From Hydrolagus affinis (taxonomy: Eukaryota), in the NCBI GenBank assembly GCA_012026655.1, contig JAAILG010000144.1:62001-126000 (forward strand): a stretch of 64,000 nt of DNA, written 5' to 3'. Made by a program: the position numbers and the translations under genes. The notes beneath the pieces are model-generated. The model saw nothing but the letters and a program-made list of their open reading frames with translations, was not told where the DNA came from and did not search any database. Positions 1 to 12,790 of this stretch are shown here, piece after piece. The first letter of the stretch is position 1. Every line of letters begins with the position of its first letter.

Positions 1-317
1 ATTGCTGTTGAAAGCTATGGCAATGAGCTATTGGCAAGAGTGATTGACAGTCCATTTTACAATTACCCAGCTGGCATGAATTTCGCAACTAATGGGTCAA
101 TAATTACAGCCTCAGAATTCCAACCAATATTTATTCCATTATACACTCAGGCAGAAATTGCTGGTATGAGACAAAAATAATATTCTCCCATTTTAATGAG
201 AGTTGCAGAAGGTTACGCAGCACCACTTATGTTATTAGTGCCCATTAGCCTCTGTTCTACTACTGCCAAATATTACGTTAACTAGAAGACAGGAATGGAT
301 TTTAAACCAATCGTCTC

Positions 318-452
318 GGCTGACACTCCAATGCAGTGCTGAGAGAGCGCTACATTGTCAGAGGTGTCATCTCTCTGATAAGATGTTACACTGAAGTTTT
401 GTCCGCCTGTTGAGGTGGATCTTTAAGATCCTATGGCACCATTCAAAGAGAC
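318..452 (+). mobile_element. Deu-domain SINE fragment (SacSINE1/AmnSINE1-like)
   Basis: GCTGACACTCCAATGCAGTGCTGAGAGAGCGCTACATTGTCAGAGGTG...AGGTGGATCTTTAAGATCCTATGGCACCATTCAAAGAG matches the recalled Deu domain and other copies in this window. Confidence 0.75.
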
Positions 453-648
453 AGATCAAGGTAAACCAAGCAGAAAGGAATGAGTGACGTAAAGTTTGGA
501 GTCAAGATTGTTGGAAGAAGACAAAGGGTAAGAAGACTAAGTCTTGATTTTAGCACCAAGTATACCCAAACAGAAAGAAGAGAGAAAGAGACCATGCAGT
601 AAGGCTTGGAAAGATAACGGAGGAATGCTTAGAAGTCCTGTAGTCCAT

Positions 649-969
649 GGAGTCCTGTAGCTCAGTGGATAGAGCACTCGCCCTTACAAGCGTGAGACCT
701 GTTTTCGAATCCAGGCAGGATCAGGGCGAAACCTTGGGCAAGTTTCCTTACTCCACATGCCTAATAATAATCCATCCAAATTTTTTTAAAAAAATTGGTA
801 GTTTTCCATCCACGACTGTTTGTGGAATACTGCTGTATACAATTGGCTGCCGCGTTTTACCCACAAGTATACAATCAATTCACTTTTCAGTATATTCTGC
901 GAAGCGCTTTGGGACATCTGGAAGAAGTTGAAAGCACTATATCAAATGCAAGGATTATTATTATTATTA
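649..969 (+). mobile_element. tRNA-derived SINE, full length, short form with extra TCAGG
   Basis: Pol III A box TAGCTCAGTGG, B box-like TTCGAATCC, CORE-like ACCTTGGGCAAGT, L2-type tail AAATGCAAGGA(TTA)n; many homologous copies in window. Confidence 0.95.
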
Positions 970-1558
970 GAAGAGTAAATAATACAGTATTATTAATAAG
1001 ATGGACAGTAGAGTCAACACACTCTCCCTATCAAGAGAATTAGAATATAATGCCAAGGTTGCTGTTGGCCATAATACCAGATGACGGACTGTTCTTTCCA
1101 CTTAGTTTCATAGAACACACTGTAAGTGTGGCAATTTTACCGCCATAAAATATTGAAATAGGGCACATTTACAGAAACAGTCAAAGATCAAAAGATCTTG
1201 AGATAGGACTCGGCCAGGGTGTGCAAATTAATGTTACATTGGACTGAACTACTGTATAACCCATTGTTTTAAATAGCATTCGTCACATTACTTTTAAAAC
1301 AAATGTAAAAATGTAAAAAGGATATTTCTCATATCTGTGATTTTTGTTTAATAAATCCTAGGTCATTATTTGGATTCATTCGTTTTGTTGTCACCTATCA
1401 GGAGGGAATGTAATAACATCTTGAGTTTGCCTGAAAATGCATTCCAAAATTCACATCAAGGACGTCAAGTCTAAACGCCACTGGTAGGAAGACTCCATCA
1501 TGGTGGTGCATCAAGGACTGGTTCATCAGGAAATTGTCTGTGTGATTCTCAAACCACA

Positions 1559-1710
1559 ATTGTTTGTGGGACACTGCTGTGCGCAATTGGCCGCCACATT
1601 TCACCCACAAGATATGCAATCCATTTATTTTACAGTATATATTCTGTGAAGCAATTTGAGATGTCTCAACGACATGATAAGGCGTTGTATCAGAGGGCGA
1701 GCATTATTCT
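1559..1710 (+). mobile_element. 5'-truncated SINE copy
   Basis: TGTTTGTGGGACACTGCTGTGCGCAATTGG...TTTGAGATGTC matches the SINE 3' half. Confidence 0.85.
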
Positions 1711-4700
1711 TCTTCTCCGCACAACATGTACCTAATCCCAATCACTCCACTGGGCTCGGCTGGAAAGTGGATCCCAAGCACTTAACAAGAGGAAAAAACA
1801 AGGAAGGAGATAGAGGGAGCTTCATTACATCTCTGACAATACCAGGGAAGACCATCCCCGTAGGCCTGATTGACTGACTGGAAACTCAGAGGAGGTTAGA
1901 GCAGCTGGCTTGCCAAAGGTGATAGTCTATGACTCATATTCCACTGGATGGTCGGCTACAAATGCCCTTTAGGCAGTTTAATAAACACACCGTTTCAAAG
2001 GCCTGTTACTTGAGAAATGAAATCCTAAAGATTGATGAAATTACATGGTTTACCTGGTTTTATAAAAGCAGCTGGAGGTATGTGTAGCTGATTTTAGCTC
2101 CAGGATTATCGCTCAATCAATGTGCATGAGATGGGATGAGAATTCCCTTCTGTCTCAATGTTGCCACGGCTCTTCAGGGAAGAGCGTTTCTGCCATCTCA
2201 AACAAGTTCCCAGTGCGATTGCGATTGCAAAACGCAAGGCCGGTGCTCATTTTGTGACATTGCCCTGCAACAATTACGAGAATGAAGAGCATGGGAAAGG
2301 GAAATGCTGGTGACTTGATAGTGTCCTGAGGCTGTGTGAGATGCAGTGTTGGGCTAGGAAGACGTTTGTTTCCTTTATGACGAATGTTGGAGTTTGTAAG
2401 AACTTGTACGTGCGCCTCTAGAATTAACGAGATTCTTACTTTCCACCCTTTTGTTTAACAAAACACTAGTTTTTTTTCTACATTTAATATGGAAATATTC
2501 CCATTTCAAAATAGGCTCAAGTCCAGTTCCACTTAAGTACTGTAACTGCATGTTCAACCAACGAAAGGTGCTTAGGATCTACATGCGTTGTTTCTGAGCC
2601 AAAACATGCAGTACTGCAGTTGTGATGATGCACAATGTCCAGAAATTATTTTATTTGGGCTAAAAATGGTCAATTTTAGTAGTCATCTGCCTCTGCTTTG
2701 CCAAATACGCTGAACTGATAGAGGGAGGGAGAGAGCATAAGATTTTTTTCAAAAAAAACTGGGAAGCATTTCCCAGCATGACAAAATAAAATCACTTCAC
2801 AAGGGGCCCAACTTTCTATTAAATGGGAATTTACGACGCCACAATGCTGTAATGGAAGCTGCTCTTTGTGGGTAAGAGCCGTTGGTTTACTGGACTTGCC
2901 CTCAAATGCTTCGTAAATTAATAAGTCGCAACATGGAATCATATTTAAAACAGTCAATTCCTGGTTTAAAAGGACCAAGCTAACATGCATTTTATTTTGT
3001 GCAGCATTTTACTGCACAATATTCCGAATTCATTTGCAGACGTCACATCAAATAAGCCTGTTTGGTGTCTAAAAGGGAGGGCAGTGGTTGTTTCTGGCTG
3101 TTCAACCCTGGATTTTCTATACTGTATCTAACCGTTCTTGGAAATTCAATCCCAGTATTTTGAGCTTAAAAACAAGTGTATTCTATCATGGTTCATAGAG
3201 TTCTGCCAACTATCCCACAACATACTTGTGCTACAAAATAATCACTCATTGAATTGTGGGCGGGGGGGAGAGGGTTGGGGATAAAGTCAATATATGAACC
3301 CATATTGTTCCAATCTGCTGGCTGTCAGACCTCCTATAATAGCAACGTTACACTTTCTGTGGTTGTGCTATCCTTTTTGTCAATCTGTTCCCTTGCTAGC
3401 CTTGATCGGATTCTCAAAGAGAACATCGCATTGAAAAGAAAACCCTCAAAATCAGCTATGTTGATACTGGCTGAAAATCAAGAAACAATCAGTCCTGTTA
3501 ACCCGAAGGCAAATCTTAATCCAACTCTCTTTTAGGCGCTGCTGATTCAAGCATCAGCTGTAATTGCTGCTCTTTGGTTCAAACATTTATGATGATGAAG
3601 GAATGTGAGAAAGTTGTTTTATTTATTATTACTACTACTATCAAACAGGGTATTTCTAAGAATTCGCTCCCAAAGTGAAGGGCATCCCTAGAGTCCTTAT
3701 GAAATTAGTAGCAAAGCAAGAGACATTCTTATTGTCGATTTAGCAGATTAGGAAAACATTTTAAGTGCTCATGTAGCAAGCATTCCCCTCAGTAAATTTA
3801 ACTGAAACCTAACACAAACATTGCAACAAGTGAAAAGCTAATTAACCCCAATGTCTTCACTCACTTTATTCATTACGGTAATAATATACGTTGCTCTTTC
3901 TTGCAGTTTCCAAGTGACTTCCACATTTCAACCAAGCGAATATTGTGATCAACACCATTCCCAATCTCACTGAAGCAGCTCTCCGATAATGGAACGCTGA
4001 ACTCGGGCACATTTCCAGCACCTGGAAAATATCTTTCCAGACTTGATCCTGTACACCCCTAGAGATGGAGAGTGGGGGTGAAGGTTGGGGGGTGGAGGGG
4101 GGTGGGGGGGGAGGGGAATAAGAGAAAAGAGCAAGACAAACAATTTTTTGCTAAGTCAGCAATGTGCACCATGTTAACTCTCTAGAATGCTAATAAAAAG
4201 GGAAGAAAATTACACTGAGAAATGTAAAAATAGAGCACTTTACTTTGCATGTATGTTTCCTTTAAGATGCATGAGCATTTGTCTCATCCTATATTTCGGA
4301 AAAAAATGATATTCAGTAGAGGAAAGCCTAATGGTATCATCTTAAAGTGAACATGTCAGATGAGATAGAATTTGATATTTAGCCTTCCTTTTAAAATGCG
4401 TTTAAATATTGAATTGGCCCTCACATTTGGCTACCCTCTATCATCTTTTTGAAAAGAAAAAAAGTTTCTTTTAATTTCAACATTAAAGTGCGTTGTCAGT
4501 ATTGGGGCTTTGTAGAATTATATACATAAATTTGCATGATACTGTGCGATTGAACACTGTGATTACAATTTGAATCACTTTGAGACATCTTGATGGATAG
4601 TAATTTGAAACACTTTGAGACATCTTGATAGAACCCATCGGATGTGAATTCACGGTCAATTTTGCCTTTCAATGACAAGTTATGCGATTTTAGCTGGTTA

Positions 4701-4777
4701 TAATTTGGCAATACCCGAATGCACACACTGGGATCCTCCAGTCTTGGCTCTTGCCAGCAGTGCCTAATACCCTCTGC

Positions 4778-4810
4778 AATAATAATAATAATAATAATAA
4801 TTCTTGCATT
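4778..4810 (-). repeat. (TAA)n microsatellite from a SINE tail remnant
   Basis: (AAT)n followed by TCTTGCATT. Confidence 0.7.
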
Positions 4811-5682
4811 CCAGTGAACCTCAATACATTATTTGAATCATTAATACAATTTTGCATTGATTAATAAACATCTAACAAATTTATATTTTTAAACTATGTT
4901 TTGGAATCTACCACGCAGAGAAAGCCATCACAATGCTTAAGAGTATCAAATCCAAACATGAGATATGATGAGCTCTCCACAAGAATCTGAATCTTATAAC
5001 AACACAAAAGGAGGCCATCCAGGCCTGCAGGTCTGTGCTGGTGCCAACTCCAGCACTAAAGCTATACCACTGCTCTTTCGCCTTACCCTTTAATCAAGTT
5101 ACTCTACAAATACCCTCTGTAGCATTCTGTTCCTAGGCTATGCTGTAAAACCTTCTAAATTCCACGGTAGTTTGGGCTTTTATCTTTTAAAAAATGTTTT
5201 ACTTTACATTTTTCTGATGATTAAAATCCTTTGACGCATCCAGAGATTATAATTACCTGCATATTTGTTTTCTTCTGTCACAGACTTGCTGAACAAACTC
5301 TTCTGCTCTTAGAAAAAGTTACCTAATTAAAAAAAAACTGTTTGTCACACTCCCCAAGGCAAGCAATTCCAAGCTAGTCATCCCTATGTTCATTAATCAT
5401 CTACCAACAATATGTCGGAGAAAATTTTGAGGAACTTTGCAGCAAGCTGAAAATATGTCGCAAGCGCATTGTTGGAATGTAACTTGAAAACGGATTATCT
5501 AACACATTGTAAGCCAAAAGGAATGGATAGTAAGTAAGCAACTGACCAGATCCGAAATAGAAAATGTCACTCTTTGCTGAACACTTTGGAAAAAGTAGAA
5601 ACCAAAACAGAGAGAGTAAAACTAAATGTGTCAATATAATATTAAGATAAAATTATTTAAGCTTTGGAACTCTGGCTATTTT

Positions 5683-6054
5683 ATAATAATAATACTACTA
5701 CTAGTAATAACAACAATCCTTGCATTTGATATAGTGCCTTATCACATCTTCAAGAAATCTCATAAAGGTTTCACAGAATATAAAGTGAATTGACTGTATA
5801 TTTTATGGACGAAACATGGCAGCCAATTGCATACAACAGTATTCCACAAACTGTCCTGGATTGAAGCGATCAATTTTTTTTAAAGGAATTATTACCCACA
5901 GAAAAACGATCTGCCAATCGACTAACAATCAGGTTCCTATATACTGCTCGGTAAACAGAGGTGTGTGGAGTAAGAAAACTTGCCCGACATTTTGCCCTGC
6001 CAGGAATCAAACCCGGGTCTCTCGCTTGCTCTCACCACTGAGCTACAGGACTCC
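5683..6054 (-). mobile_element. tRNA-derived SINE, full length, long form
   Basis: Tail ATCCTTGCATTTGATATAG through head AGCTACAGGACTCC; carries the extra ~70-bp segment. Confidence 0.93.
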
Positions 6055-8361
6055 ACACAACACTATAGCAATAAAGATTAAAATTTTATGGCACGACAGT
6101 GAAAAAAAACTATTCTTATATTAAAATAGATTAGATGTCAGATTAATGTTATTTACTATATTTACTAAACAAAAATTTATGTGATCAGCTCACTAAAATG
6201 ATTGGCTCAATCTAATCAGCTTGTCTTGTATTCTTATTTGGATCGTAAAAGTATAGGTGTGTTGCTGGGGTTTTTTTGGAGGTGGGGCATCAGCTCCCTG
6301 TCTAACACAAGCAGAAACAGAATAGCATTTATAAGAGTATTCAAAGCAGATTGCCACCCACACATGGAAATTCCCTTTCCTTCCAGGTTTAGAAACCGGA
6401 CGAGTAAGACCTCTGATCACTAGCTCAGCCCCGAGAGGTTCCAGCTTACCACCCCATCTAAGGAGACCCTGCTTATCTCCTCCCCCATCCCACTGCACAT
6501 CACCAATAGGGAAGTAGCGTAAGATGCAGAAGCAACTTCTGTTCAATGGTGAGGGGAAAATGCTGTGAGGAAGTTTCTTACTGTACCAGTCATTAGGCAG
6601 CTAGGTTTGTGTTGAGGATAAATATACATTACCTTGGGTGGATGGATTTCTGCCCATCTACTTGGTATCAACAACTCTCCCTCTTTCAAACTCAGTAACT
6701 ATTCACAACATTCTTATACTCAGAAATCTGGGAACTACTGTAATTAGACCATTTCCTCACTTCACTCTTTGGCATACTGTAGTTCGTGCTAGTGGATAAA
6801 TGGGAAGAATTAAACTGTCTACACATCCAAGGCCTAGCCCAGGGCTATAGACAATTTCTCTTTTGAATAATGCAACATCTCTATTATCGGAAGCTGAGAT
6901 TTTTACTACTGTTATGAGAGATGCAATATTAAACACTTCAATTCAGCTTTGAAATGAACAGGTCAGTAATGTGCAAAGTGGCTTGTAAATCACATACCGG
7001 AGACTGCACTGACTGACAAGTTGATTTACTTCTCAAAGCAACATTTCATTGGGATTTTTCCACGCATAGAGCACAGCGAATCCCTCAATGCTAAGTTACA
7101 CTAGATTCAAAAACTAGAACAAATACTGTAAATTGTAACCATCTCTGTGCCCTGATCCAGCATGGGGGAAGCATATTAGCAACCAGTGCAGAAGTATGGA
7201 ATACTGAGGCATGAAATCAAATCTCCTCCAGGGAATTCCTGACAGAATCCCAGCCCTTAGTTTCATTTTGTTTATTTTCCTCTGAGCTTTTCAGCCTGAT
7301 CTCTCAGAGCTGGCACTTTCAAAATGTTTTCCACCAGCTGTTGAAAGCTAATTTTATGCTAGCTCATCTAACTGTACAGAATGCCCTTTCTGAGCAATTA
7401 GCACCCTTGCCATGAGGAATCCAGGTTTTCTGGACACCATCATTGAGAAGTCATCCAACGTGTCTAGTGAGACCACAATGAGAGTGAGAGAAAAGCTAAA
7501 CAAAAAACAGGCCAAAGCCACACAAGAATAGCTTGTTCTTGTTCACTTACTCACTGAATGACTGCCCCTATCTCCTGGGGAGGTGTGTGTCATTTCCTCC
7601 CCTTGCCTCACCTCATCGCCACTCAGTTTCTCAACCAACAAACCATAGATGGTTAGAAACTTGAATAACCCAATCCCACATCCGACTGTTCTGATGGCCA
7701 ATTTTCGGCTCCTATTGAGTGTCAACAATCAAATGAATGCAGTCTCAGTCATTATGTTTCCCTACTTGAAGGGAATGGCCAATCTGAGAAATAATGAAAC
7801 AACATATGGGATATGAAAAACCTATACCCTGATTTACCGTGTCCACAAGATCTCCTGAAGGAAATGTCCACATAGGAAATCCTCACCCACGCACACAAAC
7901 CTATCACCTTACATCATACTTCCAGCACAGCATGAATGTACATCTCATGCATTTCTTCAGTGCTCCATGTCTAATAAAGAGAATTCCATTTAAGATTATG
8001 TCCCTCACCAGAATCCTTGCCTCTGTCAGTCTTGCATTCAAGGTCTCGAATGTTATACCAAGGTGAAATATAGAAATCTAACTGTGGCTGGATGAGATAA
8101 TTGCATCTTAACTGAGATAAGGTTTAAGTATAATCCATTCCCAAAGCAAACTTATCAACGACACCATCATGATTTTCATCTTCTCCATCAGTCCATCACT
8201 GGACCTTGCAAAAGTAAAACACAACCTCTGGCAATGCAGGTGCTATGTACTATAAAATACTGCTGATGGAGAAATACATTTCAATAAAGCTGTAAAACCG
8301 GTTTAATTGTCTGATTGTTTTGATAATAAGATGTAGAAATATGAAGGATGATAACTTGGCC

Positions 8362-8469
8362 CTCAAAATACAATAGATCCACTTTACAGTATATCCTATG
8401 AAGCGCTTTCAGATGTCTCAATGATGTGATAAGGCGCTGAATCCAATGTAAGGATTAGTATTATTATTA
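8362..8469 (+). mobile_element. SINE 3' fragment
   Basis: CACTTTACAGTATATCCTATGAAGCGCTTT...GTAAGGATTAGTATTATTATT. Confidence 0.8.
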
Positions 8470-8839
8470 CCTACTCAAAAGTGCCTGTATGCAGCTATAA
8501 GACATTATAAAAACATACAGTACTTTAACACCACCTGTTCTGTGACAGCCTTTCTCTGTACACAAAGCACGTAACATGAAGCAGTGAATTACTGTAAATG
8601 AGCCTATGCCTAGTGAATTTTGCTAAAGAATTATGAAGAGCTGGTCCACCCCTGCCTTGTGAACAATTTGCTTTCATAGGGTATCCTTCATGTAGGATAA
8701 CAGCTCAGACCACTTCATAGAGATGAGTTCCACTTGACACCCAACTCTATCTCTCTGCCCCCTGGGGGAGGGGAGAAAAGAAGAGCGAAACATGCCATAG
8801 GGCCCAAGACATACATTTGCTGAATTAACCTTGCTGCAT

Positions 8840-8893
8840 TAGCGCATTGGGACCTCCTCCCAATGTGAAAGGCGCTATATAAATGTAATTATT
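8840..8893 (+). mobile_element. L2-type 3' terminus
   Basis: AGCGCATTGGGAC...TGAAAGGCGCTATATAAATGTAATT. Confidence 0.7.
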
Positions 8894-9087
8894 GATCGAT
8901 TAACCTGTCCAGCTTTCCCATTGTTGCCTGCCTGATTTCCTGTCTTTGTTTCACCTGCTTACAGTGTTCTGTTGAGTTTGCATGATTAAACACACGATTC
9001 ACGGACATCCAGTACAACAAGACACATGCAGATGCTCCCCTCACCCGGTTAATACAGTGTTAAACTGTTCAGTGATTACTGCCGCTA

Positions 9088-9137
9088 TTATGAAGCATAC
9101 CCATTTTCAGCATACTGAAAATGGGTATGCTTCATAA
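9088..9137. repeat. Perfect 23-bp inverted repeat with 4-nt loop
   Basis: TTATGAAGCATACCCATTTTCAG-CATA-CTGAAAATGGGTATGCTTCATAA. Confidence 0.97.
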
Positions 9138-9498
9138 ACCACTTATAGTGCTTTGTTCTAGCGGTATCTTCATTGTGTGAAATCTGAACAGTACTCCACC
9201 AACCTACACCACTGACTGGTTTTCTAACAGTGATGTGAGCATTGCAGCCCTGGAAATAATGATTGCATCCATCACTGCTCTTTTATTTAACCCCTTTTTC
9301 GAGGTAAGATATTGTGCTGCTCTAGGTGAGGACGTCCGTGCCGGGGAACTCAACACTTCTCAGCTTTTGCCAACAGATATGAACAACAAGAACTCTGGAG
9401 TGAAACAAAATAGGGACTGACTCAGAGGCTGTGTGCTCTCTCCACTCTAGTCCAACCCTAAACCCCAGAAGAATATCCCCATTGTCTTCCTGACTGAT

Positions 9499-9650
9499 AG
9501 GCTGGGTCAGTTGGTAGCATTCAAGCCTCTGGGACAGAAGGCTGTTGGTTTGAGTTCAATGTCCAGACTTTGAACTCCTATCGTGTGGGGCAGCTGACAG
9601 TCCAGTCAAGCTCAATGCTGCAGAAGCTCTGCATTGCTGGAGTCGTGAAA
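9499..9650 (+). mobile_element. Old Deu-SINE 5' portion (tRNA head plus start of Deu domain)
   Basis: GGTCAGTTGGTAGCA...CAGAAGGCTGTTGGTTTGAG...GCTGACAGTCCAG...CTGCATTG; similar to 19077 and 24361-24558. Confidence 0.6.
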
Positions 9651-9840
9651 AGCGGAGAAAGTTTCACCATTTCTGGTCAAAATATCTCAAAGTGCTTTAC
9701 AGCCGGGTGCTCTGACGTTGCAGGGTGAGTGACAGGAAAAGAGGATTCATTCAACAATAGAACCGAGACGTTTTCAACGTTCTTCGTGGAATGTGCAAGC
9801 CACCAGCAAGCCTCGAGCACCTGACCCAGTGTCCATTCTT

Positions 9841-10000
9841 CCTGTAAACCATCAGGTGTACCACAGCCAAGCCAAACCCTCTGATCCACACACAGGGACG
9901 GACTTCCTGGCTGAGGTCACTCAAGGCAATAAAGATTTGAACACACGGCTGATTTTCCCTTTCGAGGCTCATGGACGCAGAGGCCAGCATATTCAGCACA
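9841..10000 (+). repeat. Unclassified old interspersed repeat, copy 1
   Basis: CTGTAAACCATCAGGTGTACCACAGCCAAGCC...GAGGTCACT aligns by eye to the reverse complement of 56101-56255. Confidence 0.55.
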
Positions 10001-10062
10001 GACCGAGGACTAAATCTGTGACCTTCTGATTGCTAATATTACACCAAGGGTGGAGGGCCTTT

Positions 10063-10172
10063 AATAATGATAATGATAATAATTACATTTGCTTAGGTTA
10101 TTCACGCCAGGAGAACATCTCAAAGCGCTTCACAGCATTTACTGTGAAGTGGAGTGACTGTGTTTTATGAGA
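10063..10172 (-). mobile_element. Old SINE 3' fragment
   Basis: (AAT)n...ACATCTCAAAGCGCTTCACAG...GTGAAGTGGAGTGACTG. Confidence 0.75.
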
Positions 10173-11084
10173 GTGAACTAGGCTGAAAGATGGGGACGCC
10201 CGGAGCAGGATTTTGAATGAGAGTTAAAACACCCGGTTGTCTGGATGGAGAGGAACTACACATTTTAAACGACTTAAGAGGCTATAAGGGTCGCCTAGAT
10301 CAATAATTTAATGTGTGGTGTTATGTGCGAATTTGATGATTCTCTGAGCAAATGGGAACAATGGGAATTACATGTAAACACAGCACAGCATATCATCGCC
10401 TTTAATTATGCACACTGAAAGGAAGCACGATAGTGACCAATGCTTTACAAATGATTGCGTTTGCATGACTCATACCATTTTTGGCTAACCGGTATTGAAA
10501 CCATTCCCCTCTATTTCCTCCGCAGACTGTAGCTGCACTTGTGATGTATGACACATTTTGCCCTGAGGGAGATTTTGCTATTCTCTTCTGATTATACTCT
10601 CTTAGTACATGTCACGGTTGTAAAGTGTTGTTTTTAAACCTGCTTTTCTTTTAAAAGCAAACAAAGTCTGCCCACCCTATGTCACTAATGGCTGATAGAG
10701 CAAGCACACTGGATGTGGCCTCATTGATACTGGCTGACAGTACGCAACGCCATTCCATTTTCATTCAAGCGGTTAACACATCAGTTCAGAAAAAACAAGG
10801 AGATAATATTTAGATCGTGATCATGACAAACAATGGCCAATCTCAGACAGTGGCCGAAGGGAACAGAAGAAGCTATATTCAAAACCGCAAATTGAAGCGT
10901 GAATGAGCTTGGCATTAATAATGAGGTAGAGATGCTGGGCTGGTTATGTAAACTGAATTGCAAAGAGAGCTGTGCTGCAAAAGCACTGACTGAAAACAGG
11001 CCTCCGTTTTTTGCCGTCAATAGTCCTAGGCAGCTGGACAGTTGATCTGTTATTTATTGATGATATGTGACCAGTGACCAAATT

Positions 11085-11525
11085 AATTATAATAATCATC
11101 CTTACATTTAATTTAGCGACATTAGAGCCGTCAGGAGGACATCTCAATCTGCTTCACAGACTTCCTGCAAAGTGGAATGACTGTCTATGTCATGGGACGA
11201 AACGCGGCAGACAATTTGTCCCACCAATAAGGCCCTGAAGTCAACGATTGTGTTTAATTGGAGAGATTGTTGGCCAGGGCATCGGGAGAGAGAGAAACTC
11301 TCTTCTCTTTTCAAAGAGTGCCATGGATCTTTAATTTCCACCTGAACTGGCAGACGGGATCTCGATTTAACATCTCATTTGAGAGACGGTTTCCAAGAAT
11401 GCAGCACTCCCCCAGCACTGTATTGGAATGTCAGCCTAGACGACGAATTCAAAACATGCCAACTGTGGACTGGAGCTTGTGGTCATACTTGCTTACAAGG
11501 CTTTTGAAGGCGTGAGAGCAGCCCT
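11085..11525 (-). mobile_element. Near full-length Deu-domain SINE
   Basis: L2-type tail, then TTGGCCAGGGCATCGGGAGA...GTGCCATGGATCTTTAATTTCCACCTGA...CAGCACTGTATTGGAATGTCAGCCTAGA. Confidence 0.85.
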
Positions 11526-12564
11526 CGCTTTTCTCTCTCCACTACAGATTCGAAACATTAACATTTTTATTGTACTCACAGAATTTAGCCCGTTAAGCAG
11601 TATCCCTTAGTTACAAAGCAATTAAATAATTTCAGAATGTGGGCAGTAATTCCGACAAGTACCACTTTCAGAATCCATCCACCATTTGCTTTTCCTCTCG
11701 TCAGTTTAGCGTGGCTGTTTTCCCCAGGAATCTCAGTCCGTGAGCACTTCCCAGGACGGGTCTCGGTAATAATGACTGGCCATGAAAAGGATACTCTGCT
11801 TTCAAAGGCTATTTGCTTATGTCCCATTGAGGACTATATTCAGACCGACCAGAGAGCACACAAAAAAAAAATTCAAGCTGTGTATCACAAGAAGTGGTTG
11901 ACAGATTTAATAAAATCGCTGCCCTACATGGAAACAGATTACACATGGTTAAGGAATTCAGGAACCCTCCCATGCACCCTTCCATTTCCAGAAGTCTATA
12001 TAGCAGCATGATTTATATCTGACCCTGTGAATACTCTTAAGTATTCCAACCTTCTGCCTCTCTTTTCCTTATTATATCCTCATGATTCTAAATAGCAAAT
12101 TAAATGAGTCATGCTTGATTTGCATGACAATATATTGCTCTATTTGCAGTGTCCACAGATTCGACAGCAAGCCATGTTGTTTTGGGGGCCGTGTATTGCA
12201 CTGCAAAGCAAATCCATAGCCCGGAAGGCGTGCTGTAGACTGTGCTTTCCGTGGAGCCAAGTCTGTTAACTGAATTCCACCATTGTAAATTTACGAGCCA
12301 GGATCTTGATGCAGGCCCTTCAACTAGGACGTTCTACCGAGTGTAGAGAGGTGGGCCCACTCCGACCATTTCAAAAGAAGCACGTTTTGCCGTCTGAGCA
12401 AACTCCTAGCATTCATACCCACTATAGTCATGGCTTGCTGTGCGCTGATTCTTACATTCATCCACTATCAGTAACTACAATCACGCACACTTAGTATTCC
12501 TCCACTGGGTTATGTAGAAACCTATCATTTAATCTTGAGAATTTGGATGACTTTATGGTATTTA

Positions 12565-12790
12565 TGGAATTCACTACCCCAGAAGGCTGTGGGTGCTCAG
12601 TCCCCGAACATTTTCAAGGCTGAGACCGATAGATTTTTTTTTAAAATAGAGGGATTAGGGGATATGGGGATGGGGCAGGTAATTAGAGTTAGGTCAGAAG
12701 ATCAGCCATGATCTTATTGAATGGCGGGGCAGGCTCGAAGGGCTGAATGGCCTACTCCTGCTCCTAATTCTTATGGTCTTATGGTCTTAT
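12565..12790 (+). mobile_element. CR1-clade LINE 3' end
   Basis: ORF2 end (WNSLPQKAV...IFKAETDRF) and 3' UTR GATCAGCCATGATCTTATTGAATGGCGGGGCAGGCTCGAAGGGCTGAATGGCCTACTCCTGCTCC with tandem TCTTATGG tail. Confidence 0.9.

Noticed and set aside
649-720. tRNA-Val gene
   Set aside because: Continues directly into SINE body and tail; it is a SINE head
647-1043. ORFs overlapping SINE copies (also 35917-36225, 53327-53663, 57529-57720 and others)
   Set aside because: Their recurring peptides are translations of the non-coding SINE, not genes
3868-4021. Possible exon (strong plus acceptor at 3906; minus acceptor and donor pair)
   Set aside because: All plus frames stop early; minus frames stop before the best donor; no recognisable peptide
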